A stretch of DNA of 63,278 nucleotides, filler included, from an uncultured bacterium (GTDB lineage: Bacteria > CAYJOG01): assembly GCA_964371695.1 (NCBI GenBank). It is 3 parts of 3 records of this genome, joined end to end, with 100 filler letters (N's around TTAATTAATTAA, not from the genome) between each part and the next. Parts side by side here need not be neighbours in the genome. Positions count along the whole stretch, not along the records: positions 22,219 to 44,256 come from CAYJOG010000002.1; positions 44,357 to 63,278 come from CAYJOG010000006.1; 1 more part is not named here. One strand, given 5' to 3'. Shown here piece after piece: positions 38,187 to 46,174 of this stretch; within the stretch, counting starts at the first letter, position 1; each line of letters starts with the position of its first letter. Both the position numbers and the translations under genes were made by a program. The notes beneath the pieces are model-generated. The model was not told where the DNA came from, searched no databases, and saw only the letters and a list, made by a program, of their open reading frames with translations.

Positions 38187-39653
38187 ATGCGATTGACCCC
38201 AAACTGGCTGACAAAATCAAGCCTCATCCTGGCCGGCATGGCCCTGGGGTTTGTGGGGGGCTGCCGGTGGGGTCACCTGGGGGGTAACCAGAAGGGCCAG
38301 CAGGCCGAGGGTTTCGGCGGGGGTCTGGTGTCGGCCAGCCCCTCAGACAGAGCCAGCCGCGAGACCCCCGTGGTGCGGGCCATCCGCAAGGTGGCGGCGG
38401 CGGTGGTGAACATCAGCACCGAAAAAACCGTCACCCAGAGCGCCCACCCCTTTGGTGGTTTCTTTCAGAACGACCCGTTTTTTGACAAGTTCTTTCAGGA
38501 TGTTTTTCCCAAGCAGCAGGTGCAGCAAAACACCCTGGGCAGCGGCGTGGTGGTAGACCCCAAAGGTCTGGTGCTCACCAATCACCATGTGCTTTTGCCC
38601 GCCAGCGAAATCAAGCTCACCCTCAAGGACGGCACCAGCCACCGGGCCACGCTCATTGGCGGCGACGCGCAGTTTGACATCGCCATTTTGCAGATGGAGG
38701 GCAAACCGCCTTTTCCTTACGCCACGATGGGCGACAGCGACGACCTGATGATCGGCGAAACCGTCATCGCCATCGGCAACCCCTTTGGCCTGGAAAGCTC
38801 CGTCACCACCGGCGTGATCAGCGCGCTGGACCGCTCGGTGCGCATCAGCAAAGACCGCGTGTTCAACGGCTTCATCCAGACCGACGCGCTCATCAACCCC
38901 GGCAACAGCGGCGGCCCGCTGGTGAACATCAACGGCGAGGTCATCGGCATCAACACCGCCATTTACAACGAAGCCCAGGGCATCGGTTTTGCCATTCCTG
39001 TCAAACGCGCCCATCAGGTGGTGCGCCAGTTGCAGACCTTTGGCAAGGTGAAGAGGGGCTGGCTGGGCATTCGTGTGAAGGACATGAACAACGACGTGCG
39101 CGAGCACTTCGGCCTGCCCAAGGAAACCGGCGGCGTGCTGGTGACCGGCGTGGAAAAAGACAGCCCGGCGGCCAAGGCGGGGCTGAAACCCGGCGACGTG
39201 CTGCTCAAAACCGGCAGCCACACCTTGGGTGAGGCATCAGATTTTTATCAGGACACGGGGGATCTCATCGTGAACGACGCGGTGACCCTCACGCTGTGGC
39301 AAAAGGGCAATACCCGCGAGGTGAACGTGCGGGCCGTGGAGATTGGCCCCGAAGCGGCCCGGTCGGTGCTGGAGAACCTGGTGGGGGCCACGCTCAGCCC
39401 GGTGGACCCCGCCGCCCGCCAGCGTTACGGCCTTGTGGCGGACAAGGGATTTGTGGTGAGCAGCGTAATCACCGGCGGCCAGAGCCAGCGCATCGGCATT
39501 CAGCCCGGCGACGTGTTTTTGCGCGTGGACAACGTGGAACTGAACCGCCCCAAAGACGTGCAGGACGCTGTGAATCTGGCCTATGGCAAAGCCAGTTTTG
39601 TGGCCCTGGTGCAGCGGGGCAGACAGGGATACTGGATCACGTTCGAGTTTTGA
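38187..39653 (+). CDS. DegP/DegQ (Do family) serine protease with two PDZ domains
   Basis: LGSGVVV, LTNHHV, IQTDALINPGNSGGPL and RGWLGI motifs. Confidence 0.95.
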   Translation: MRLTPNWLTKSSLILAGMALGFVGGCRWGHLGGNQKGQQAEGFGGGLVSASPSDRASRETPVVRAIRKVAAAVVNISTEKTVTQSAHPFGGFFQNDPFFDKFFQDVFPKQQVQQNTLGSGVVVDPKGLVLTNHHVLLPASEIKLTLKDGTSHRATLIGGDAQFDIAILQMEGKPPFPYATMGDSDDLMIGETVIAIGNPFGLESSVTTGVISALDRSVRISKDRVFNGFIQTDALINPGNSGGPLVNINGEVIGINTAIYNEAQGIGFAIPVKRAHQVVRQLQTFGKVKRGWLGIRVKDMNNDVREHFGLPKETGGVLVTGVEKDSPAAKAGLKPGDVLLKTGSHTLGEASDFYQDTGDLIVNDAVTLTLWQKGNTREVNVRAVEIGPEAARSVLENLVGATLSPVDPAARQRYGLVADKGFVVSSVITGGQSQRIGIQPGDVFLRVDNVELNRPKDVQDAVNLAYGKASFVALVQRGRQGYWITFEF

Positions 39654-39662
39654 GAGCCGGTG

Positions 39663-40727
39663 TTATTTCTCTTGCAGACTTTTTTGAATTTCCCTTGCCT
39701 TGGCCATTTCCGCCCGTCCCGCATCTGCTTCTGCTTTGTCTTTTGACTTGGCCTGGGCGGCCCACTCAGGCTGCATTTCTTTTTGATATACAAGGGCAAG
39801 CGCCAAGGGCGTTTGACCATGGTTGTCTTTGAGTGTGGTGTCTGCTCCGTGTTTGAGCAGTACCGTGACAAAAACTGGATTATTCTCCAGCACGGCCCTG
39901 TGAAGCGGCGCTTTTCCCTGGTCATCCAGCAACAGGTCAAGACGAGAGGGGGCTTCTTCGTTTTTCTTTGACGATTTCTTTTTGGGCTGCGGGTTTTCTT
40001 CTTCGACGGGAAAAGCCCAGTTCAGTTTTGCCCTAGCCTTTAACAGGGAGGACAAAATGACTTCCGCCTCTTCTTCTTCCCGCGAACAACCCGCAGTAAA
40101 TTCCCAAATCAGGTTTTTCTCTGCTTTTGCTCCCGCCTTGACCAGTTGCACAAAACGGTTGGGATGCACACACCGATCAATTGCAAAACTCAACAGACTG
40201 CCTGCTTCGGAACGAACATCCACCGCTGCTTTGACCTGCAACAACAGCGTCGTGGCACCCTCATGCTCAATGGCGTCAAACAGCGGGGTTCTGCCCTCGT
40301 TGTCTTTTTGATTGACCGATACTCCGGCCTTGATCAGAAAGCGCAGGGCGCGCGGGTTGTCCGTAAAAGCGGCGTAGTGCAGGGCGTTTTTTCCTGTTTT
40401 GAAGTCCGTCACCTGAATGTCCACAGGCTTTTTCATTCTGCACATGCCCATGCGGCGACAAGCGAATGAATTAGCCGTAACGGGGTCCACACCCCCCGCC
40501 GTCAATGTCTCCAGTTCCCGCACGTTGCCGCGATAGGCGGCATCCAGAAAAGGATCATCGGGGCGTTCAACCGTGTAGGCACACCCCAACAGAAACACCA
40601 CACCCAACAGCGTCAAGCAAAGACTGTGGATTCCAGACGAGGAGGGAATGGACCTGTTCTGAAAATGCAACACCAAACCGGCCTTGTGCCGGTGGCGGAG
40701 AAAAACCTCTGCCCAGCGCTGTGCCAC
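39663..40727 (-). CDS. Ankyrin-repeat lipoprotein
   Basis: Lipobox FLLGC; GKNALHYAA, GRTPL and GKAPLHRAV; start uncertain. Confidence 0.8.
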   Translation of the reverse strand: MAQRWAEVFLRHRHKAGLVLHFQNRSIPSSSGIHSLCLTLLGVVFLLGCAYTVERPDDPFLDAAYRGNVRELETLTAGGVDPVTANSFACRRMGMCRMKKPVDIQVTDFKTGKNALHYAAFTDNPRALRFLIKAGVSVNQKDNEGRTPLFDAIEHEGATTLLLQVKAAVDVRSEAGSLLSFAIDRCVHPNRFVQLVKAGAKAEKNLIWEFTAGCSREEEEAEVILSSLLKARAKLNWAFPVEEENPQPKKKSSKKNEEAPSRLDLLLDDQGKAPLHRAVLENNPVFVTVLLKHGADTTLKDNHGQTPLALALVYQKEMQPEWAAQAKSKDKAEADAGRAEMAKAREIQKSLQEK

Positions 40728-40824
40728 CCGATGGGTTCATTCTATGGACCGGTTGCAGGAAACGTAAGGGCCAAAGCCAATGCTGTCAGGTTATCCGCAG
40801 CCCCGGCATCTCGCTTTGTCATGA

Positions 40825-40975
40825 CCCACAAGTTGGCGTCATTCCCGCGAAGGCGGCAGTCCAGTTGAAACAAAAATCCCACACCTTCTTCTGATTTCTT
40901 TTTCAGTTCTCTTTCAGTGGGGCAGGCGTCCCGCCTGCCTTTTTATTTGAACGCAGGCAAGATGCCTGCGCCACC
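40825..40975. repeat. Composite repeat element
   Basis: GTCATTCCC at 40838-40864, the same AT linker as 33585, gggcaggcgtcccgcctgcc, and gcaggcaagatgcctgc. Confidence 0.8.
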
Positions 40976-41111
40976 AATTTCAAGTCTGAAGCACCACTGG
41001 ATGCCGACGCCACCAGTTTTCGACAAAGCAACTTGCCAGGGCGGTTCCAGCGAGTGGGTTGTTGGTTGCCAGAGGCTGCATTACAATGTCATTCACGAGG
41101 GGGGGGGAGCC

Positions 41112-41375
41112 ATGGCGGCCAACAAACTGGTTCAGGCCCGGATTGATGGGGACATCAAGGACGAAGCGGCGGCGGTGCTGGGCGCCATGGGGCTTTCGGT
41201 GTCTGACGCCGTGCGCCTGCTGCTCACCCGCATTGCCACCGAACACGCCCTGCCCTTTGACCTGCCCAAACCAAATCCTGAAACGGTCAAAGCGATGAAG
41301 GAGGCCCGCCGCAGCAAGCTGGCGTCTTTTGACACCGTGGAGGACCTGCTGGCGGATTTGAATGAGGAAGATTGA
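41112..41375 (+). CDS. dinJ: RelB/DinJ family antitoxin
   Basis: VQARIDGDIKDEAAAVL..MGLSVSDAVRLLL.RIA.E.ALPF...PN.ET. Confidence 0.9.
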   Translation: MAANKLVQARIDGDIKDEAAAVLGAMGLSVSDAVRLLLTRIATEHALPFDLPKPNPETVKAMKEARRSKLASFDTVEDLLADLNEED

Positions 41376-41643
41376 ACAAACCAGCCAGTTCAGGCGGGAT
41401 TACAGACGCGAGGCCAAAGGCCCAAACAGGTTGGTGCTTGAAAAGGATTTTCGGGTTGTTCTGGAGACCCTTGTCAACAACCAGCCCTTGTCTGAAAAGC
41501 ACCATGACCACGCCCTGAAGGGTGAGTGGAAAGATTGCCGGGATTGTCACGTCAGGCCCGATCTGCTGCTGATTTACCGCAAACCCGATGAATCAAGGCT
41601 GCAACTGGTGCGCCTTGGCTCCCACGCCGAATTATTGGAGTGA
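41362..41643 (+). CDS. yafQ: YafQ family mRNA interferase toxin
   Basis: DHALKGEW..RDCHVRPDLLLIY...LVRLGSH.EL. Confidence 0.92.
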   Translation: MRKIEQTSQFRRDYRREAKGPNRLVLEKDFRVVLETLVNNQPLSEKHHDHALKGEWKDCRDCHVRPDLLLIYRKPDESRLQLVRLGSHAELLE

Positions 41644-41649
41644 TACCCC

Positions 41650-42903
41650 TCAATGCCCCAAAAAGGCGTTGATGACCTTCATGCGGCGTTTGCCTTCTTC
41701 GCGGTTGTCCACTTCGCGCAGGCGCATGAGGGGTTTGTGCAGGAATTTTTTGGTGAGGGCGCGGGTGAGTTCGTCCACCAGTTCCTCGCCTTCGGGGCCA
41801 AGCTGCTCCACCCGGCTTTTGAACCGCTCCATCTCGCTCACCCGCACCTGTTCGTAATGCTCCAGCAGATGCTTGATGAGCGGCACGGCCTCCAGGCTGA
41901 AATACCACCGCAAAAACTGCCGCCCCTCCACACGCACAATTTCCTTCACCTGCTGAATCTCCTGCTTGCGTGACTCAAAGGTTTCCTCCACCACGCCCCG
42001 CAGGTCGTCAATATCGTAGAGATACACGTTGTCCAGACCCCCCACGCGGGGGTCCACGTCGCGCGGCACGGCGATGTCGAACAAAAACAGGGGCCGCCAG
42101 CGGCGGCGGCGCATGATGTCCTTCACCTCTTCAAACTGAAGAATGGCCTTGGGGCACGCGGTGGAGGTGATCACGATGTCCACGCTCATCAGCCCCTCGT
42201 GCAGGTTTTCAAAGGGCACGGCGCGGCCCAGCAACTGGCGGGCCAGCTTCACCGCCTTTTCGTGGGTTTTGTTGGTGACCACCACCTCGCTGATGCCCCG
42301 CTCCATGAGGTGCTGGGCGGTGAGTTCGCTCATTTTGCCCGCACCCACCAGCATCACCCGTTTGCCCTTCAGGTCGCCATACACTTTCTCGGCCAGGCGC
42401 ACCGCCATGCCCGCCACACTCACGCTGCCCTGGCCAATGGCGGTTTCGGTGCGCGCCCGTTTGCCCGCGTGCAGGGCCGTGTTGAGCAGGCGCGTGAGCA
42501 CGCCCCCCAGGGTGCCTGCTTCTTCGGCCTGCTCCTTGGCCTGCTTCACCTGACCGATGATCTGGTCTTCGCCCAGCAACATGCTGTCCAGCCCCGCCGC
42601 CACCTCGCACAGGTGAAACACGGCTTCTTCATCCTGATGGGCATAAAAATGCTCTTTGTAATCGCGGAAATGCCGGTGAAACAGCGTGTGGATGGCGTCT
42701 TCCATCAGCGTGTGCGGCTCGGTGTGGTCGGCGGCGACCAGCAGCACCTCGGTGCGGTTGCAGGTCGCGAGCAAAAGGGCTTCGTCCACGCCCTCAATCT
42801 GCCCCAGGCGGGCCAGGCCCTGGGCCGTGTCGGGCAGAGAAAACTGCTCGCGAATCGCCACGGGGGCGGTGTCGTGATTCAATCCGAAGAGGAGGAGATA
42901 CAT
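41650..42903 (-). CDS. hemA: Glutamyl-tRNA reductase
   Basis: GLNHDTAPVAIRE, TCNRTE, GLDSMLLGE.QI, VGAGKM and DIAVPRDV motifs. Confidence 0.96.
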   Translation of the reverse strand: MYLLLFGLNHDTAPVAIREQFSLPDTAQGLARLGQIEGVDEALLLATCNRTEVLLVAADHTEPHTLMEDAIHTLFHRHFRDYKEHFYAHQDEEAVFHLCEVAAGLDSMLLGEDQIIGQVKQAKEQAEEAGTLGGVLTRLLNTALHAGKRARTETAIGQGSVSVAGMAVRLAEKVYGDLKGKRVMLVGAGKMSELTAQHLMERGISEVVVTNKTHEKAVKLARQLLGRAVPFENLHEGLMSVDIVITSTACPKAILQFEEVKDIMRRRRWRPLFLFDIAVPRDVDPRVGGLDNVYLYDIDDLRGVVEETFESRKQEIQQVKEIVRVEGRQFLRWYFSLEAVPLIKHLLEHYEQVRVSEMERFKSRVEQLGPEGEELVDELTRALTKKFLHKPLMRLREVDNREEGKRRMKVINAFLGH

Positions 42904-43544
42904 TGTTCCAGCCGCCGGGTGAGGTCGCCGTGGCTCAAACCCGCCAGGGTTTGGGACGAGACACCCTCAAAAAAGCGGTGCAGTATACGCTGGCGCGTGG
43001 GGGAATCGGGAACCTCCTGTTTCAGCCGCTGCCGGGCAGCGACAAGGAACTGAACAAGACTATCGTATCCTGTTAAAAACTGTTCGTCCAATTCTTCGCG
43101 GATTTTGCGACTGAGGGCGGGCACGGTGGTGTTCACGCTGATGCTCACACCGCCGCTTTTGCTGGTGGCAGGCACAATCAGCGTGCTGGTGGCGCTGTCG
43201 TCGGCTACGTTCACCCAGGCCCCCGCCTGTGTGGCCAGCCGGGCCGCTAGTTTATTGACGAACCGGTTTGAAGAGCAGGCGAAAACAAGGCGCTGGCCGG
43301 TGAAATGGCGTTCTTCAAACCCCTCGGCCAGCCAATTCAGGCACCCCTGTTTATGAAATGACGCTATTTCGGCCTGGATTTTGGGGGACACCACAGTGAT
43401 TTCAGCGCCTGCTTCCACCAAGGCCGTGATTTTGCGGGCCGCCACACCGCCGCCCCCCACCACCAGCACCGGCACACCGGTCAGTTTCAGGGCCGCCGGA
43501 TAAAGTGCCGCTGTGTTTGTTGTGGGTGAAACCGGTGTGTCCAT
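42879..43544 (-). CDS. Precorrin-2 dehydrogenase / sirohydrochlorin ferrochelatase (CysG N-terminal / SirC-like)
   Basis: YP..L.L...VLVVGGGGVAARK, ITVVSP and VNVAD motifs; overlaps hemA. Confidence 0.9.
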   Translation of the reverse strand: MDTPVSPTTNTAALYPAALKLTGVPVLVVGGGGVAARKITALVEAGAEITVVSPKIQAEIASFHKQGCLNWLAEGFEERHFTGQRLVFACSSNRFVNKLAARLATQAGAWVNVADDSATSTLIVPATSKSGGVSISVNTTVPALSRKIREELDEQFLTGYDSLVQFLVAARQRLKQEVPDSPTRQRILHRFFEGVSSQTLAGLSHGDLTRRLEQCISSSSD

Positions 43545-43661
43545 GGCGGTCTTTTGAGGCAAAATTGACAAACGGGGTTATTCTTTAAAAAATAATGTTC
43601 AGGACGATAACCAAAGGGGTACTTTAAGCCATCAGGGAAGCACCACAAAGGGAGTTGGGTC

Positions 43662-43949
43662 ATGCTCAGCGATACGCCTCAAATTCAGGTTCGGGTAACG
43701 CCCGCAGTGGTGGACATCGTGCAGTATCCCTCCCAGGTTCGCATTGAAGGGGCACAGGGTGAAACCGGCGCACCACTGAAGGCCACCCTGAACGCCAACC
43801 CCGGCGCACTGCCCAGCGGTGAACGCCTGAGCAAAAGCGGCGAGGTACGCATCACCGGCGTGCCGGGGGGTGTGGAAGTAAACCTGATTCAGCGGATGGA
43901 CGTGAGTTTTTCGGTCACCGGCGTGCGGGTGAACTATCTGGCGAGTTAA
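43662..43949 (+). CDS. Hypothetical protein
   Basis: AAGGGAG SD; host-like codon usage. Confidence 0.6.
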   Translation: MLSDTPQIQVRVTPAVVDIVQYPSQVRIEGAQGETGAPLKATLNANPGALPSGERLSKSGEVRITGVPGGVEVNLIQRMDVSFSVTGVRVNYLAS

Positions 43950-43996
43950 GCGACGGGATTGGACAACGGCTTGACCATGCCTGTATAATCCAGTCG

Positions 43997-44248
43997 TTGT
44001 TCCGGCCCCATCACCCAGGCAGCATTGAGTTTTGGCTGAGTTTGAGTTTTATCCTCAGCCTGTATAACTTTCTCGTTGGGAACGGCTACATCGAGGGGCG
44101 CAAGGTGTTGCTGACACAGGCGGACATCAGTCTGGCCATCTGCCTGATCAGCGTGGGTCTGATAACCAACAACTATTTGCGGTCCCGCAAGGCGGCAACA
44201 TCGCCCCAGCCGCCACCGCCGGAAGACACCAAAAAAGACGGCCCGTAG
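43997..44248 (+). CDS. Small two-TM membrane protein
   Basis: Two hydrophobic segments; TATAAT 7 nt before the TTG start. Confidence 0.55.
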   Translation: MFRPHHPGSIEFWLSLSFILSLYNFLVGNGYIEGRKVLLTQADISLAICLISVGLITNNYLRSRKAATSPQPPPPEDTKKDGP

Positions 44249-44256
44249 AGGAAGTG

Positions 44257-44356
44257 NNNNNNNNNNNNNNNNNNNNNNNNNNNNNNNNNNNNNNNNNNNN
44301 TTAATTAATTAANNNNNNNNNNNNNNNNNNNNNNNNNNNNNNNNNNNNNNNNNNNN
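44257..44356. other. Artificial contig linker
   Basis: N44-TTAATTAATTAA-N44. Confidence 0.97.
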
Positions 44357-44474
44357 CTGCCCGCCGCCGGGTTTCTCCCCCGCACCGCCAACCGCTGGCA
44401 CGTTCAGACTTTGGCCAGTCTGCTGAGGCGGGGGGAACCCATGGGCAATTGACTCCGCGTGGTACAATCAACCC

Positions 44475-44669
44475 GTGAAGGCAAAGGCCCAAACAGCGAT
44501 TTCCATTGGCGAGTCCTCGGAGTCCCTTCATCTGAGCGCCGCCGACGTGGCCGCCATCAACGAGGGCGTGGCGGACATTTTGGCGGGACGGGTTCACCCG
44601 TGGGAAGACGTGAAAAAAGAAATGCAGCAGCGGCTGACGGATGCAAAAAAGAACCGTCCGGGTAGCTGA
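44475..44669 (+). CDS. ParD-like / addiction module antitoxin
   Basis: AINEGVADILAGRVHPWEDV motif; overlaps a ParE-like gene. Confidence 0.75.
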   Translation: MKAKAQTAISIGESSESLHLSAADVAAINEGVADILAGRVHPWEDVKKEMQQRLTDAKKNRPGS

Positions 44670-44982
44670 GCGCGCCCGGCAGGACATTGCCGCTGTCCAG
44701 TTCTATCTGCTGGCCCAGGCCGACCCGCTGAATACCGAACGGGTCACGCGATGGCTGTGGCGGTGCATTGAAGAACTCACCGTGGGGGCAGACCGTTTTC
44801 CTCTGGTTCACCGCAAAGGTGTGCCGCCGGGCATCCGTTTCGCCCGAGTCCACACCTACGACACCTCAGGCAGAAAACACGCCAAGGCCACCCGCTGGGT
44901 CGTCTTTTTCATGGTCCGGGACGACGTGGTGGAGGTAGCTCGGGTGCGCCACGCCAGCCAGCGGCCGCTTTGGGAAGAATGA
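44641..44982 (+). CDS. RelE/ParE family toxin
   Basis: V.VAERA.QDI..V..YL N-terminus and VVFFMVRDDVVEVARVRHASQ C-terminus. Confidence 0.8.
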   Translation: MQKRTVRVAERARQDIAAVQFYLLAQADPLNTERVTRWLWRCIEELTVGADRFPLVHRKGVPPGIRFARVHTYDTSGRKHAKATRWVVFFMVRDDVVEVARVRHASQRPLWEE

Positions 44983-45112
44983 TCAGCGTTTGACAACTGC
45001 GGTTTGTCCTGCTTCGCACGAAGGGTGACACCCCGCCAGGGGCGCGGGGCATGATTGCCCGCTTTTCCCATGTCTTGGGTTTTACAGGAATGGGGCCCAA
45101 GAATTTTTTGGG

Positions 45113-46174
45113 TCACGGCACGGCGGTGGCGGATTTTGGGGTGCTGTTGGGGGTGGCGGCGCGTTTTTCGTTCAGCACACCCAGCAGCCGCTGGCTGGTG
45201 ACGGAGAGGCGGTCGTCCGCCGTGGGGGTGCGGGTGGTGGTGAGCGTCAACTCCGCCAGTTTGGCGGCTTCGTCAAACCCCGCTTCCTCTCCATATAAAA
45301 ATGAAATCTGCACCGTGTTGTCCGTTTGCGCGTCCCCCTGGTCTATCACCATGCCGCTGGTTCCCGTGAGGGTTTGCAGCGTGAACCCGCTGGGCAGTTG
45401 CAGCACCAGATGCCCCGCCCCCACCGTGGCGGTGGAGGTGTCCGTGTTGCCCGAATCGGTGCGGTCGCGCCGCAGCAGCAGGCGGCTGGTATAGGTGTTT
45501 GCCGCCGAGCCGGAGACCTCCAGCTTCGCCGCCACCACGCACCATTCCTGGCCCGCCAGGCAGTCCCGCGTGGTGGTTTGTTCTCCCGTCACCAGTTGTG
45601 TAGCGGTTTGCGTCACCACCGTTTGTGTGGGGGCCGGGGCGCGGTTGTCCACAAACGCGTCGGACACTTCGTGCAGCAGATCGCTGGTCTCACCAATGCG
45701 CACCTGCTCCTCCATCGCCTCCACATCCACGTTGTCGGTGGTTTGGCCGCGCAGCGCGACCTCCACCACCGTGCTTTCCAGGCTCACGTTGCGCGTAATA
45801 GTGCCGGTGGTCTGGGTGCCCGTGACGACTAGGGCGCTGAGCTGACGGTTCTGCTGGGTGACAAGGACACGGCCCCGCACGCCTGAGCGAATGAGCAGCG
45901 TGTAACGGCCCTGGGCGTTGGTGGTGGCCTGGGCCTGGGGGGTGTTTCGGCCTTCCTCATAAAACGCTACCGTAGCCCCTGCCACCAGAGTTTCGGCGGC
46001 GGCGGCGGTGCGGGCGCTGAGCAGGTTGGTGCGCACGCTCACCACGCCTTGCAGGTTCAGCGCACCGGGGGCGCCGCCAATGGGCGGGGTGCTCATCCGT
46101 CCACCGCCGCAGCCTGACAGGGTAGCGAGGATGATGGAACCCAACAGGGTGAGCAATCGGTATTGGCGGTTCAT
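45113..46174 (-). CDS. Lipoprotein with a carboxypeptidase-regulatory-like domain and a cohesin-like C-terminal domain
   Basis: Lipobox LSGCGGG; VAGATVAFY...ATTNAQGRYTL; C-terminal beta-rich segment; ATGA overlap and AAGGAGGT SD. Confidence 0.75.
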   Translation of the reverse strand: MNRQYRLLTLLGSIILATLSGCGGGRMSTPPIGGAPGALNLQGVVSVRTNLLSARTAAAAETLVAGATVAFYEEGRNTPQAQATTNAQGRYTLLIRSGVRGRVLVTQQNRQLSALVVTGTQTTGTITRNVSLESTVVEVALRGQTTDNVDVEAMEEQVRIGETSDLLHEVSDAFVDNRAPAPTQTVVTQTATQLVTGEQTTTRDCLAGQEWCVVAAKLEVSGSAANTYTSRLLLRRDRTDSGNTDTSTATVGAGHLVLQLPSGFTLQTLTGTSGMVIDQGDAQTDNTVQISFLYGEEAGFDEAAKLAELTLTTTRTPTADDRLSVTSQRLLGVLNEKRAATPNSTPKSATAVP

